A DNA stretch of 60,894 nucleotides, the filler included. It is 7 parts of 7 records of this genome, joined end to end, with 100 filler letters (N's around TTAATTAATTAA, not from the genome) between each part and the next. Parts side by side here need not be neighbours in the genome. Positions count along the whole stretch, not along the records: positions 21,814 to 47,854 come from SRR7504441_304; 6 more parts are not named here. One strand, written 5' to 3'. This document shows positions 22,284 to 33,400 of the stretch, piece by piece; within the stretch, counting starts at the first letter, position 1, and every line of letters starts with the position of its first letter. Under the pieces are notes generated by a model, which was not told where the DNA came from, did no database searches, and worked only from the letters and a program-made list of their open reading frames with translations. Both the position numbers and the translations under genes were made by a program.

Positions 22284-24409
22284 ATGGAGTTGCCGGCAGA
22301 CTGCCCGATAGCGACGTCCGAGACGAGAAACCAAAGACCAAACCACCCAGGCTGCCGACTGTCTGGCGGCTTTGCGGTACAGTTCGAGGGCTGCGAGAGC
22401 CGGCGGTGCAGGGATGCGCTCCAGAGTTTCCTGGGCCTCGCACCACGAGAGCCGGTGCTCCTGCCCGACACAACAGCGCTGGCTGCAGGGGTGTGCTGGC
22501 TGCTGGTCAATCGGCCGGCCCAGCTCAAGTGCACAATTACTGGCCCGTGGGACCGAGCCTCCAGCTGCCTGCAGTTTATTCCTCCACCGGCGCTTGTGCC
22601 TGTGCCTGTGGGCAACGGCAGCAGCATGTGTCACCAACCCGATCAGGTGCTCCTTAGTGCGGCTGCTCTCACGAGGCGGGCCGCAGTGCGTCGAAGTTGT
22701 CCACCTGCACTGCCACTTTTGCGGCCAAACCGAGCACAAGGCTATGGCCCTGCTGCAGTCCACGATCAGCGCCATCCCCGGCCACGCGCTGCACCATCAC
22801 GTGTGGCACCGGAAGAACGGTCAACTCCTCGGGCCGGCCGTGTAAGCTGCAGACAGGGCCGCACATTTCGGATTCATGGGAAGTGTGGGTGGAACCTGGG
22901 CAATGGCTGGGCGTGGCATTGGCACACATGATGCGATCGAGAGATGGCCAGCTGCGGTGCTGCGTGCATGCGGTGCTGCATCCCACGGAAACCGGCGGGC
23001 TGACGGGATGTGACCAGGACACTGACCAGGAGTACACAGACCATGCCGCGCGACTCGCCTTCATTGGACCGCCAGATTGGCTAGACTTCCATTTCTTTCA
23101 GCCTCCTGATGTGCCTGCACAGCAGAGTTGGCGGTTGTCACTGACATCTGTTGCTGCGCAGCCAACGTACAAGGGTCCGGAGGGACCGCGGCGGAGCACT
23201 AGAGATACAGTCTATTCGATGGGCAAGCAGTGGAAGCTGCCCATGCTGCCAGGCGCATATGGCACAATTGAGAGAAATCAACCAAACGCCAAGCTGCCCG
23301 CACTGTTTTTGCCCCATGGCTCTCCTCCGATTCCAATCGAGCCTTGCCGAAGCCAGGTGGGTGGAGCCAGTTCTGCCCACGTGAAATGCTGGGTGCAGGA
23401 TTGGCTTCAGCAGGCAGCTGCACTTCTGCCATCTCAACCCAGTGCGATACTATTCATGAGTCCCCATTTTGTCCGGAGCGGCTTCTGCGTTAGTGCGTGT
23501 CGTGGTGAGATTCTGTTGACAGCTACACCGCAGACTGATCATTGCTGTGTGCTAGCCCCAGCTACAATCATGGACTTTGATGATGATACAGACCCAGATA
23601 AGCTCGCTAAACTGGAGAAACTGCGATACAAGTGCCCTGGATCACCGGCACTGGCCCATCGAGTCAGCGCCCTGCTCGGATCGGCCGGGCTGCACTGCAC
23701 GGTTAGCGATTCGAGGGGACTTGACCACGGTTCTGGGCTGATCTCTAGCAGCTGATCTTTGGAGCTCTGCAGGCGTGTGGACTCCCCTCTTTGTAATGTT
23801 CCCCGAGGCTGACATCCCAGTCGTTTCAATCTCCGTGGACAGCTCGCTTGATGCAAAGAGCCACATCTTGGCAGGTGGCCACGACGGCCAGCCTGCTTTT
23901 ATCTGAGCGAGTGGGACCGCAGGGCGCGCGTTGGCTCCTCTCAGTGAGGAGAATGTGCTCATTGTGGGCAGTGGCGAGGTGCACGGCCACCAGGTTCGGG
24001 ATGATTGTGCCACGGGCTGCAGGTGGTACACAACGTGCCTTTGATGGGTGCTCGAGATAGCGAGCCAGAAGACTGGTGCCGCTCGTTTGAGGGCTGGATT
24101 GAGGAACAGATGAGCTTACCCCCAACCCATGCACGCGACAAAGCACTCTCTCGATGGAATACTTTAGCTCCCGATGCGGCTATTGCGCATCCACGGTCTC
24201 AAGCTTGGCCGGCTGAGCGCGGATTACTCACCCCATTTAGTTCTCCTGGTGAGCATTTGATGCCGTGGTTCTTTGCGTACGGAGTGCACCGCGAGACGAT
24301 TGGGAGGTGTGTGCACAAGGAGTACCTTGGAAGTCTTCCGATGGCGGCCTATGAGTTCTCTGCGTCAAGCAATACAAGTGATACCAAGACCTTGACATCG
24401 CTATTATAG
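22284..24409 (+). CDS. Fusion of DOPA_dioxygen (DodA-type) domain(s) with a LigB-type 4,5-DOPA extradiol dioxygenase (DODA/YgiD family)
   Basis: Spliced N-terminal part: HLHCHF...HRKNGPHISDSWEV...CVHADTDQEYTDHAARLAFIG...LDFHFF. It continues without a stop into PALFLPHGSP, SPHF, TIMDF, PGSPALA, RGLDHGVWTPL, IPVVSISV, VLIVGSG, VHN, AHP..GEHLMP; stop TAG 24407-24409. Confidence 0.85.
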
Positions 24410-24561
24410 CGCGCGGTGATCTTATACAAGTAACAAGCCATGCACCATGATTAGCATCTATATTATGTTTATTTAGAACTCAATTTCAAAACACCTAAGC
24501 GATTGCCCAAGTACTCAACGTAAGTGACCTCTTCAGCTCATCATGCTTGTCCAAAACTCTC

Positions 24562-26493
24562 TCATTTGACTAGTGCCTTAGAGAAGTCGCAATCTTCACC
24601 GGGCTTGCAGCCCACCATCACCCACTCGGTCTTGCTCATCGCCGCGGCCAATGTTGACACTGGAGCAAAGTCAAAACCTTCAAAGATGAAGTTGCCGATC
24701 CCGTCGTTCCCCTTGGTGTCCTGCTTCATCACTACGTAAAACTTGGTCCCAGCCGGCATGCTCGCGTCCTCAGACGTGGTAACAGTGCCATCAACCGCAA
24801 CGGCGCCGTCCTCGACGGCTTCGTCGCCAGATTCGAGCGCTGCTACAGTGACTTTTCCGGACGGATCTCGCCAGTGCATGGTGTTGTCATCGTAGAAGGT
24901 GAAATCATACTCGCCGCGCTGGAACTTGCTGCTGATCGCCACTCCTCGGTAGGTGCCGGTCGGCCGGGCGTCGCGGCATTGGTGGCGGCACTCGTATTCA
25001 GTGATTGCACCGGGAGTCCCCTTGGCGACAGGCAGGCACTTGCCAGAGTAGTGATCGCACTTCACGTACTCCTCCGCAGACGAGCAGTTGGTCTTGACCA
25101 GCGACCCGCACCGCGCCTGGTCCATGCAACCGGCAGGGGTGGCTCCATGGCAGCTCCAGGGGCCAGGTCCGTGGATATTGCAGTACGATCCAGGGCACTG
25201 CGCATTAGAGACACAGTAATTCATCTCACACGGCTTGCAGGTCTTGGCCTCAGAGTCGCACTGGTATTGCGGGATCGGGGGCTTGCACGAGTTAGCACAG
25301 TCCGCCTTGGTGAGCGAGCCGTTGCCTGGGACGCATTGAGGGTTCTTTATGTCAGACCAGTCACACGAATAGTCCTGGCACTCGTCCTTGGAGAACAGCC
25401 CCTGGCATTGCCAGCCAAGAGGCTTGCCACTAGAGTCGAACCCGGCGCACTGCTTACCCGGGGTGCCGTCCTTGTACAGCACGTTCTGAGAGCACCAGCC
25501 GCACAACTGGCTCGCGTCACCAAGGCAGCTCGAGCAGTCGCCGTTCTTCTGACAAGGGTCGCTGGTCAGCTCAGCAAACAGCGGGGTAGTGGTGGTGAAC
25601 ACCCCGTCAAAGTCGCAGTTGACGGCCCCCGGCAGGCAGCGGCTCATTACGAACACAGTCTTGCCTGTCCCGTTCATAGCAGCGTGGATGTCCGCCGGCT
25701 TGTCGTCTCCAGGTACTCCAAAGTAGAAAGCCATCTGCTCAGTCTCGTCGGACGGCTCCCACGGGTTGAACGCCCCCTTGTACGTGGAGCCTGTGAGCGG
25801 CCCGGCCGTGAAGCTCAGCTCAATATCCCGCCCGCCAGACGAATAGTCTGACAGGACAGATCCCCAGGATACACCATCCGCTCCCCGGAAGAGCACTTGC
25901 GGGCCGTCTTTCTTGGACTGGAACTTGAAGTCAAACTCGCCGGCCCCAAACCCGGTCTGGATCTGGAGCCCGCGCCACACCCCGAGGATCGGAACCGGGG
26001 TATCAGAGGAGCAGGAGGCCGCGCACGTGCTATTCTGCTGGCAGGTCGAGCCATGGCACAGCCCGCCTTGGCAGTAGGAGTCAACGCAATCTGCGTCAGT
26101 CGAGCAGTAGTCGGTGCACGGCTCGCAAGTCGAGCTCTTGACGTTGCAGATGGAGAGCCCGGTGGGCCGCGGCTTGCAATGCTCCTCGCAGTTGGCCTTG
26201 GTGTCTCCGGTGCCGCCCTGCGGGTCGGGCTCGCAGGTTGCCTTGTCCGGATTACAGACGTAGCCAACCAGACAGGTGTCAGTGGAGTAGAGGTGGTTGC
26301 AGTGCCAGCCAGTCTCGTGCTGGTTTTGGCATTGCGATCCCATTGTCCCATTGGAGAACACGGTGGGAGCCGGGGAGCACCAGCCGCAGAAAGCCTCAGC
26401 CAGGCAATCGGCGCAGTTGAGTTGAGCTGAGCAGGCAGCGTTGGCCCGCCCGGCTAGAGCGAGCAGTACTACTAGGCTTGGAAGCTTCGGCAT
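24562..26493 (-). CDS. Secreted Cys-rich protein with two PSI-like modules and two copies of a W/YRGxxI..F..GE.DF.F domain (resembles Dictyostelium V4/lmc proteins)
   Basis: Signal peptide; C..CL....CGWC modules x2; GVWRGLQIQTGFGAGEFDFKF and GTYRGVAISSKFQRGEYDFTF, each ending in C....CDF; intronless. Confidence 0.7.
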   Translation of the reverse strand: MPKLPSLVVLLALAGRANAACSAQLNCADCLAEAFCGWCSPAPTVFSNGTMGSQCQNQHETGWHCNHLYSTDTCLVGYVCNPDKATCEPDPQGGTGDTKANCEEHCKPRPTGLSICNVKSSTCEPCTDYCSTDADCVDSYCQGGLCHGSTCQQNSTCAASCSSDTPVPILGVWRGLQIQTGFGAGEFDFKFQSKKDGPQVLFRGADGVSWGSVLSDYSSGGRDIELSFTAGPLTGSTYKGAFNPWEPSDETEQMAFYFGVPGDDKPADIHAAMNGTGKTVFVMSRCLPGAVNCDFDGVFTTTTPLFAELTSDPCQKNGDCSSCLGDASQLCGWCSQNVLYKDGTPGKQCAGFDSSGKPLGWQCQGLFSKDECQDYSCDWSDIKNPQCVPGNGSLTKADCANSCKPPIPQYQCDSEAKTCKPCEMNYCVSNAQCPGSYCNIHGPGPWSCHGATPAGCMDQARCGSLVKTNCSSAEEYVKCDHYSGKCLPVAKGTPGAITEYECRHQCRDARPTGTYRGVAISSKFQRGEYDFTFYDDNTMHWRDPSGKVTVAALESGDEAVEDGAVAVDGTVTTSEDASMPAGTKFYVVMKQDTKGNDGIGNFIFEGFDFAPVSTLAAAMSKTEWVMVGCKPGEDCDFSKALVK

Positions 26494-26655
26494 GTGTCAG
26501 GTTCGCGCACGCGCCTGTTCCTCGCTCGATAAGTTCGGTTTGTGACAGAGCGTGGGCAGATCAGGCTGTGATCAGCGTGGGCAGTTCGGCGCGAGCTGAC
26601 AGAAAGACAGATCAGATCTTTTATTGCTCTTCGCGGTTATTCAGCGCTTATTAAA

Positions 26656-28371
26656 TTATTTAGTGTGCACACGGTCGATGGACCTTGCTCGCTGGCGCAG
26701 CTTTTCACTCTCGCTCATGAGCACCGTCTTCAGCGCGTGTGGCGTGGTCTCACTATGTAGGAAACCCTCACACAACTTATTATATTGCGCCGCCACCTCG
26801 TCCTGCCACGGCTGAGCCCGCTCGGGCGATCTACTTCGATCCCTGCTCGCATCCCTGGCTATGCTCGGATCCGGGTTGTCTGCAATTGGGGCTAGTCTAG
26901 CCGCTGGCTCTACTAGCCCCACAGTGGCCTGATGTGCTCCAGTCATCATCCGCCGAAGTCTCTCATTCTCAGCCGCCAACGCCACCTGTGGCACTGAGAC
27001 CGGTTCTAGCGACTTCCTTCGCTCCTCCTCCTTTTTCTTCTTGGCAGTGCCTGCCGTCCTCGTGCTCAATCTCTCGTCTCGCTTCCGTTGCTCCACAGCC
27101 TTCTTCGGATGCCGCGTTATCACCTCGCCCTGGTCACCGGCGATCCCATACAAGTACTGATCGTGCTCACTGGATGCTGCCTGTCCCCCGGCATACCAGT
27201 CACGCATCATTGACTGGAGCCCTTTCTCTAGCAGGGCGGTGTACTGCATCTGGGCCACATGCTGCTTCTCCAGCACAGCCAGTGCCTGACTCGCCTCAGC
27301 CGCAGCTCTAGCATGCTGCTCAACCACGGCCTCCAACGACGCTTTTTGCAGCTCCCACGACAGCTTATGGTGCTCGGCCTGGCTATCGGCTCCCGCCTTC
27401 TCCTGCTCCAGCTTGAGCTCTAGTTTGTTTATCTTATCCTCATAGCGAGAGCACCGAGCCCGCTCCTGCGCCGCTAGTTCCTTGGCCTCGTCTATCTGAT
27501 GCAACCACTCCGCCTCCGCCTGCTGCTGCCGCCTCTCCAGGTGCTCCAGCTTGGCCGTGTGCCCCTGCTCGCCCGCCTCAAGGTCTGCCTGCAGCCGATC
27601 GCTCCGCTCAGTCTCTGCTCTCAGCTGGAGCTGCAAGCTGCCCACTTGCTCCTGTAGCACCCGCGTGCACCCGCCTGAAACCTCCTTGAGCTCCTCGATC
27701 GACCCGTGCATCTGCTGGATCTTGACCGTCGCAGCAGCCTGCTCTCGGTGCAGCTCGGCCAGCTGCTCCCTGTCCATCAGCGAGAGTGAGGCCATCAGCT
27801 CTGGATCTGGGCCCGACAGGTCCTTATAACTCATCCCCGGCACCCCAGTCTCCTGCGCCAGCACTCGCTCCGCCTCCCGCAGCGCGATATCGAGCTGAAC
27901 ACCCCCCGACAACGCCGATCCGGGGTCTGCTGCGCGCTCGAGCATCCCTTGTGCCCTGCTGGCGTCCAGCAGATGCCCCTCGAGTACCGCACAGGCTGCC
28001 TGCACCGGCTGGGCCACCCGGCGCTCGTCCGCGTCCAGCTGCTCCACCACCCGACGCACCCGCAGCTCGAGCTCGTGCGTGAGCTCGCCCAGCTTCTCCT
28101 GCACCGCCCGGGTGCTCTCACCCTTCTGGACCCCGATCCGGCGCACGAACTCGCCCATGCTCTCATGGGCTTGCTCCAGCTCAGCCCGCCGCCCCCGCAG
28201 CCGCGTCAGGCTGACCAGCACCTCCGACTTTTGACGGTCAACCGCAGGCGGTGGTGGGGCCACGCTAACTGTCGGCGAATAGCTCGGGGCGCGCGAGCCT
28301 GAGCCACCCAACAGGCCTTCCAGCCGGTTGAACATGGCTCGCACCTCGAAGCTCGTGGTGTCCTTGTACAT
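26656..28371 (-). CDS. Coiled-coil protein
   Basis: Long E/Q/L/A-rich ORF; likely start MYKDTTSFEV at 28371. Confidence 0.7.
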   Translation of the reverse strand: MYKDTTSFEVRAMFNRLEGLLGGSGSRAPSYSPTVSVAPPPPAVDRQKSEVLVSLTRLRGRRAELEQAHESMGEFVRRIGVQKGESTRAVQEKLGELTHELELRVRRVVEQLDADERRVAQPVQAACAVLEGHLLDASRAQGMLERAADPGSALSGGVQLDIALREAERVLAQETGVPGMSYKDLSGPDPELMASLSLMDREQLAELHREQAAATVKIQQMHGSIEELKEVSGGCTRVLQEQVGSLQLQLRAETERSDRLQADLEAGEQGHTAKLEHLERRQQQAEAEWLHQIDEAKELAAQERARCSRYEDKINKLELKLEQEKAGADSQAEHHKLSWELQKASLEAVVEQHARAAAEASQALAVLEKQHVAQMQYTALLEKGLQSMMRDWYAGGQAASSEHDQYLYGIAGDQGEVITRHPKKAVEQRKRDERLSTRTAGTAKKKKEEERRKSLEPVSVPQVALAAENERLRRMMTGAHQATVGLVEPAARLAPIADNPDPSIARDASRDRSRSPERAQPWQDEVAAQYNKLCEGFLHSETTPHALKTVLMSESEKLRQRARSIDRVHTK

Positions 28372-28703
28372 GGAGCTCCACCCGCCCACGGCCCCGCGTG
28401 TCTGGTCTGTGTGCAACTGCAGCCACAGCTGTGTTTTGGGCGTACTGCAGCTGTGCTGCGTCAGTATCACAAATCGCAGCATGTGCAATGGCACGAATGG
28501 CACAATTCGAGAATCACACATGTATCGAGGCTATGGTTTGATCGATTTTAAATAGTTGATCTCTACATGTATGTGAGCAGGCCTGGCCTGTTTCGTTGTC
28601 TTATTTTACATTATCATTTGCAAACCGGTGACCGGGCCTCCCGCGCTGTCATCTCGGGAAGCATGATCACATGTGTCTAAGTGTACCGGCGGTTGCAGCC
28701 AGC

Positions 28704-30115
28704 TCACTCGTCGCTGAGCAGCGGCTTGACAGAAAGCGCCACCTTGCCCCACTTGGAGCTGGTGTACTTCTTCCTGACCGCACGGAGCTCCCGAGGGAAT
28801 TCTAGTATGTCGTTCACACATTCCATGCAGTCCCGCAGCTCTGCCTCTGTGTACCCAATCCATCGCTCCTGTTGACAAGTCCACACACTCTCATCCCATC
28901 CATACCCTCGCTCAATCCTGCCAATCCATGCCCAGTCAGATTGCTGCTCGCAGCTGCAGGCGATCCACCTCTCAGCCAGGTTGACACAAGCTGCAGCAAG
29001 CAGTGACGGCCGGAAGCGGAGCATTGAGTAATCCTGCGCATCAACCATGATCAGGTGCCATAACAACAGGGCAAAACAGTTACCTGTAGTGTCATGTCCA
29101 TGAGGAACGATGCGACCCGGCTAGTCGTCTCAACACACATCGTGGCGACCTTGATCTGCTGGGTGAACATGAAGACGGTCGGGAAAGCGACTTGGAACTT
29201 TAGCGTGTTCAGCATGGTTTGCTCCATCTGCCGCCGCGACAGTAAGTTGCCGCACCATATCCAACAGACATTAGTTAACGATCGACAGACCTGGATGATC
29301 TCTTCCTGCGTGTAAGCCTTGTCTGAAATGTAGACGAAGTCCTTCACCTGACAGCGTCACACGTTAGCCCGCATGCGCGCAAGATGAAGCGAGATCACCT
29401 CCGGAGGATAGATCTCTTCCATTTTGGACGAGATGAGCATCGCAGTGATCCCCACCAGCTGCAGTTTTGATCGGGTGACCTGTCAAAGCGTCAAATCAGT
29501 CTGCGGATCTCGACGAATCGCATGGCATGGGCCCTAGTCTAGCACTCCCCACGCGCCCCGCTACCCAGGGTTGTCACCGCTTGTATTCCGAGGAACCGGT
29601 CGATCAGCTGGACCGTGGTGTACAGAACCGCGGGCTGCAGATTAAACTTCATGTGAACTTCCACCAGCCAGTCCACGAGGATCTCGCGCATCTTCTCGTT
29701 AATGTCATTGTGCGCGCTCAGGTATCCATGTTGCGGAAGCCCCCGCCCCTGCCCCCGCGAGCGTTAATCCTGGTCTGGCGTACCGGACGGGGGAGCGCAC
29801 CTCGCTTTGTCGATAGCAATGCATGATGTCATTCATGTAGTCGGACACGAACTGGGGATCGGGCGTGTACCACTCTGGCTTCTCCTGCACCTCCTCCTCG
29901 ACTATGCTGAGTTCCATCGCATCGATCTCGACATCCTCGACGATCGGATCACTGGCCACGGTGAACGCTTTCGTGGAGGTCTTCTTCCGGGTCTGCTGCT
30001 TCTTCTGCTGGTGCGGGTTGTCGCTGATGTCCGACAGCACGCCACGCCCGGTCTTGTTGCTCATCATGTCGCGAGTCCGCGAGCGTGTGACGCGCATACT
30101 CGCGTTCTCAGACAT
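28704..30115 (-). CDS. CCNB: Mitotic (A/B-type) cyclin
   Basis: D-box RGVLSDISDN; MREILVDWLVEVH; DRFL....VTRSKLQLVGITAMLISSKMEEIYPP; DFVYISDKAYT; PSLLAAA; AVRKKY. The 3' end may extend through one more intron. Confidence 0.92.
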
Positions 30116-30451
30116 TGCCTCCACGTTTCGTGTTGAGTGCAAAAACCGCCAAGCCGCGCAGAATTTTTTTTTCTGTGCACCCATAACGGCAGAAACGGCC
30201 AATACCCTGTGCTGGCTGCTCTAGGCGTGCGGGCTTAGTGCGGCTCAGCTAAAGCTGCAGGAACGGACGGCTTGGTTGGCATCGCACAGCGTCGACGTTG
30301 GTTTATTATTGATTTGAGATCTGAGTTGGCTCATGAACCCAACAAATGTACCATGACTACGCTCGTTACGAGAGCCAGCAAGTGTACTCATAGCACCCAT
30401 GGGTCCAATTAACTAATTAATATCTTAGAGAGAAGCTGTGGAGCTGGCATC

Positions 30452-33400
30452 TCAGCTCGCTCCATCGTCCTCGACTGGTGCGCCTTCGAACGTATCTGCA
30501 TACCACTTTAAGAAGAAGTCAGCTGTCAACTGGAGCTTTGCAATATCCCCAAGGTTATGCACAGCATTTGATATTTGTTGCCGTGTCGTATTTATTCCCC
30601 GTTGGAGCGAACGCTGTCGACACAAGTCGAATGCCTCTTGATCGCTCCTTATGAACTCCCCAGGCATCCCTGGGTCGGTCTCAAGTTCGTTTATGTCCTC
30701 TGGTATCTTCAACAGCTTCTCCATCTCCTCTCGGGAGGGCACAATCGAGTCGTAAGCCACTTCCAGGAAGCACAAGCCACTTATATGATTACAAATGCAG
30801 TCCAGCAGGTAGACGCTGTACTCAGTGAAGTGCGTGGTCGAAGTGTCGTCCAGGCAAATCATGATCGCCCCGACCGGGGTCTGATCGGCGTCGAGTTGAT
30901 GAATTGGCACACACATTACGCGTTTGGCCTGACAGCAGGCGTTCAGCACAGCAAATTGGAGGGGTATGCACCGGAAAATGCGGGCAGTCGACCTCAGAGT
31001 CAAAGGTAGATTTGTCTGGGTCAATGTCGTTGTCGATGACAGGCATATTCTCGCGTATGCACTTGCCCACCACACCCCACAGTGGAACAGCACTTGGTGG
31101 CGCTAGAGCCATCTTGTCACCATCCAGCAGAGAATATCTCATAAGACAGCTAGGGAACTCAGCAGCCTGGCCAACCCGAAATTATTCCAGCCACAAGCAG
31201 GCCTTAAGTCACCTGGTACAGGAACATTGTTGTCTTCTTCGCAGAAAACAGCTCGCAGCACCGCATCAGTACTTGCAGAGTTAGTTTAGCTCGGCTTCGC
31301 TGCGCCGTGAGGGAAAGCCCATGCAGAATGTCTTTCACTGCGATCGAAGTCTTGTGGCATGCGTCAAGAGGCATAACCTTGTCACAGTTTCTGCAGCCCA
31401 CGCTGATCAGTGCACCGAAATACGCGAGCAGCTCGATGTCCTCCTTTCTGAAACCCTCGTGTGAGCTCTTGTGCACCTGCATCACTCCCCTGGCATGATC
31501 TCTCTTAACTGCATCCATGAAAGGGACGCAGAGCACGCTATGTGCCGTCCCTCCAGACACCGGAGTGTCCACTGTGTGGTCTGTCAACTTATCTTCGTTC
31601 AGCCCACAACTGCTTGTTGGGATTTTCTGCTTAGCAGCACCTCCAATGAAACCATGCCCCATGCGAGCAGAAAGCTTGGGCATTTGCCCCTCAGGCCACT
31701 CCAATTTGCCTCGGCCGTACGATACGGCATCGATGGCTACGAGCTGCAGGGTTCTGGAAGCCTCTGGCTCATTCTCCATGTCCTCTTTGGTGGCCACCCA
31801 TACAGCAACCTGCAATAAGACACGAGTCGGCTGAAAAGTACACAAGCAGGGCATGCAACCTGGTCAGCCTCTGAGTACTCCATGATGAAGTCCACAGCCA
31901 TGTTCATCAAACCGGGCAGATCCAGTTGCAGCAACATCGTGCTGCTCGCTTGCACGATGTCTTGAAGCCTTTTAGCACGCGCCTCGCAAAGCCTCCTCTC
32001 GGCACACTCACGAGCTGTCGTCAGAGCGACCCCAACCAACTGCCCAAACCCTTGCAGCACTTGCCTCTCTGCATCCCCAAACGCCCCTCGTTCACAAGTG
32101 CGGTATCGCATCACCTCGATAGTTCCCATAGAACGCTTCTCTGAAGGCTTTCTATTGGGCACCTTGGGCTTACAAATCTGCTCCTCCACCATATCGGCTA
32201 TCGCCTCTGGATCACCCGGTTGAGGTATCGGCACTGCAAGCACTCCAGCTGGTTGGAATCCGAGGACGGAATCTACCATGTTATTGAATCTTTCATCTTT
32301 CTGTGGATCTGTGGTCATGATCACTTCTTGCTTGATGCACGAGTGACCTGCGAGGCCCCATCCAGGCATCCCGTTCAGTGCAAAATGCTCCTCGAGCACA
32401 TTAACAGAGTGCGACAACTGTGTATCGTCAGAGGCACCAGCAAGTGCGAAGGTGCAGTTCTTCGCAGCATTCTCTTCTAAAAGGAACAAATAAACCTCGT
32501 CAGCCTGGGTCAGCTCCTTAGCTACCGCCACTGTTTCCTTGACCACTGACTCCACAGTGGCCTCACCAGAAAATCGGCAAGCGCTCTTGACGAGCTTAGT
32601 GGCCAGGCTCTGAGACCATTGCAAGTTGCGTAGCAGCTCGCCATTGGTAACCGAGGCAGCTGCAATCTGGGCTACTGCGCGCAGCAGTTGCTCGTCCGAA
32701 ATGGTGAACAGCTTGCCAGCGCGTTGATTGACCAGCATTAGCACGCCCAGCACAGGAGTCTCTGGGCAGGCCCGTAGTGGCACTGCAAGCAGGTTGTGCG
32801 TCTGAGGATCAGTCACCTCAAACCTGTCCACCCGGCGGTTGAAGAACGCGCACGTCTTGGCCGAGTCGACACTGATTATCTGCTGTGTGGCGAGCGCCTG
32901 TGGCACTACCCCACCCGGATGGCCTTTCTCCAGCTGAACTAGGTCTGTCGACAGCTCCTCTGTGATGCTGGACCACGAGGTGCGAGACAGCACATCCGCA
33001 TCGTCGCCCGTGAGGTACAAAGAGCACTCCTCGACGTCGAAGATCGCGCTGACACTCTTGACCACTGCTGCCAACGGCGGGCCGTGCTTGAGCGCCGTGG
33101 TATACCTCTGTGTCGAGTCCATGAGCTGTGACATTTGTGAGTTCTCGCGCTCAAGCGCCTCGCGAGTCCCCGCAGAGCTGAGCGCCTCAGCGACAGTGAG
33201 GCTGACCCGTCGAGCAAACTCGACGTCGCGCGAGGTGAACATTCCACCATCCACCTTGTTCACCACCTCGATTGCTCCCACTGCGACAGGCTCGCCCTCG
33301 CCCTCGCGGAGCAGAGGCGTGCAGATGATCGCGCTGGGCAGCACTGTCTGGTTCATCGAGTCGATCTCTCGGTGGAAGTACTGGCAGTCCTTAACGTCTG

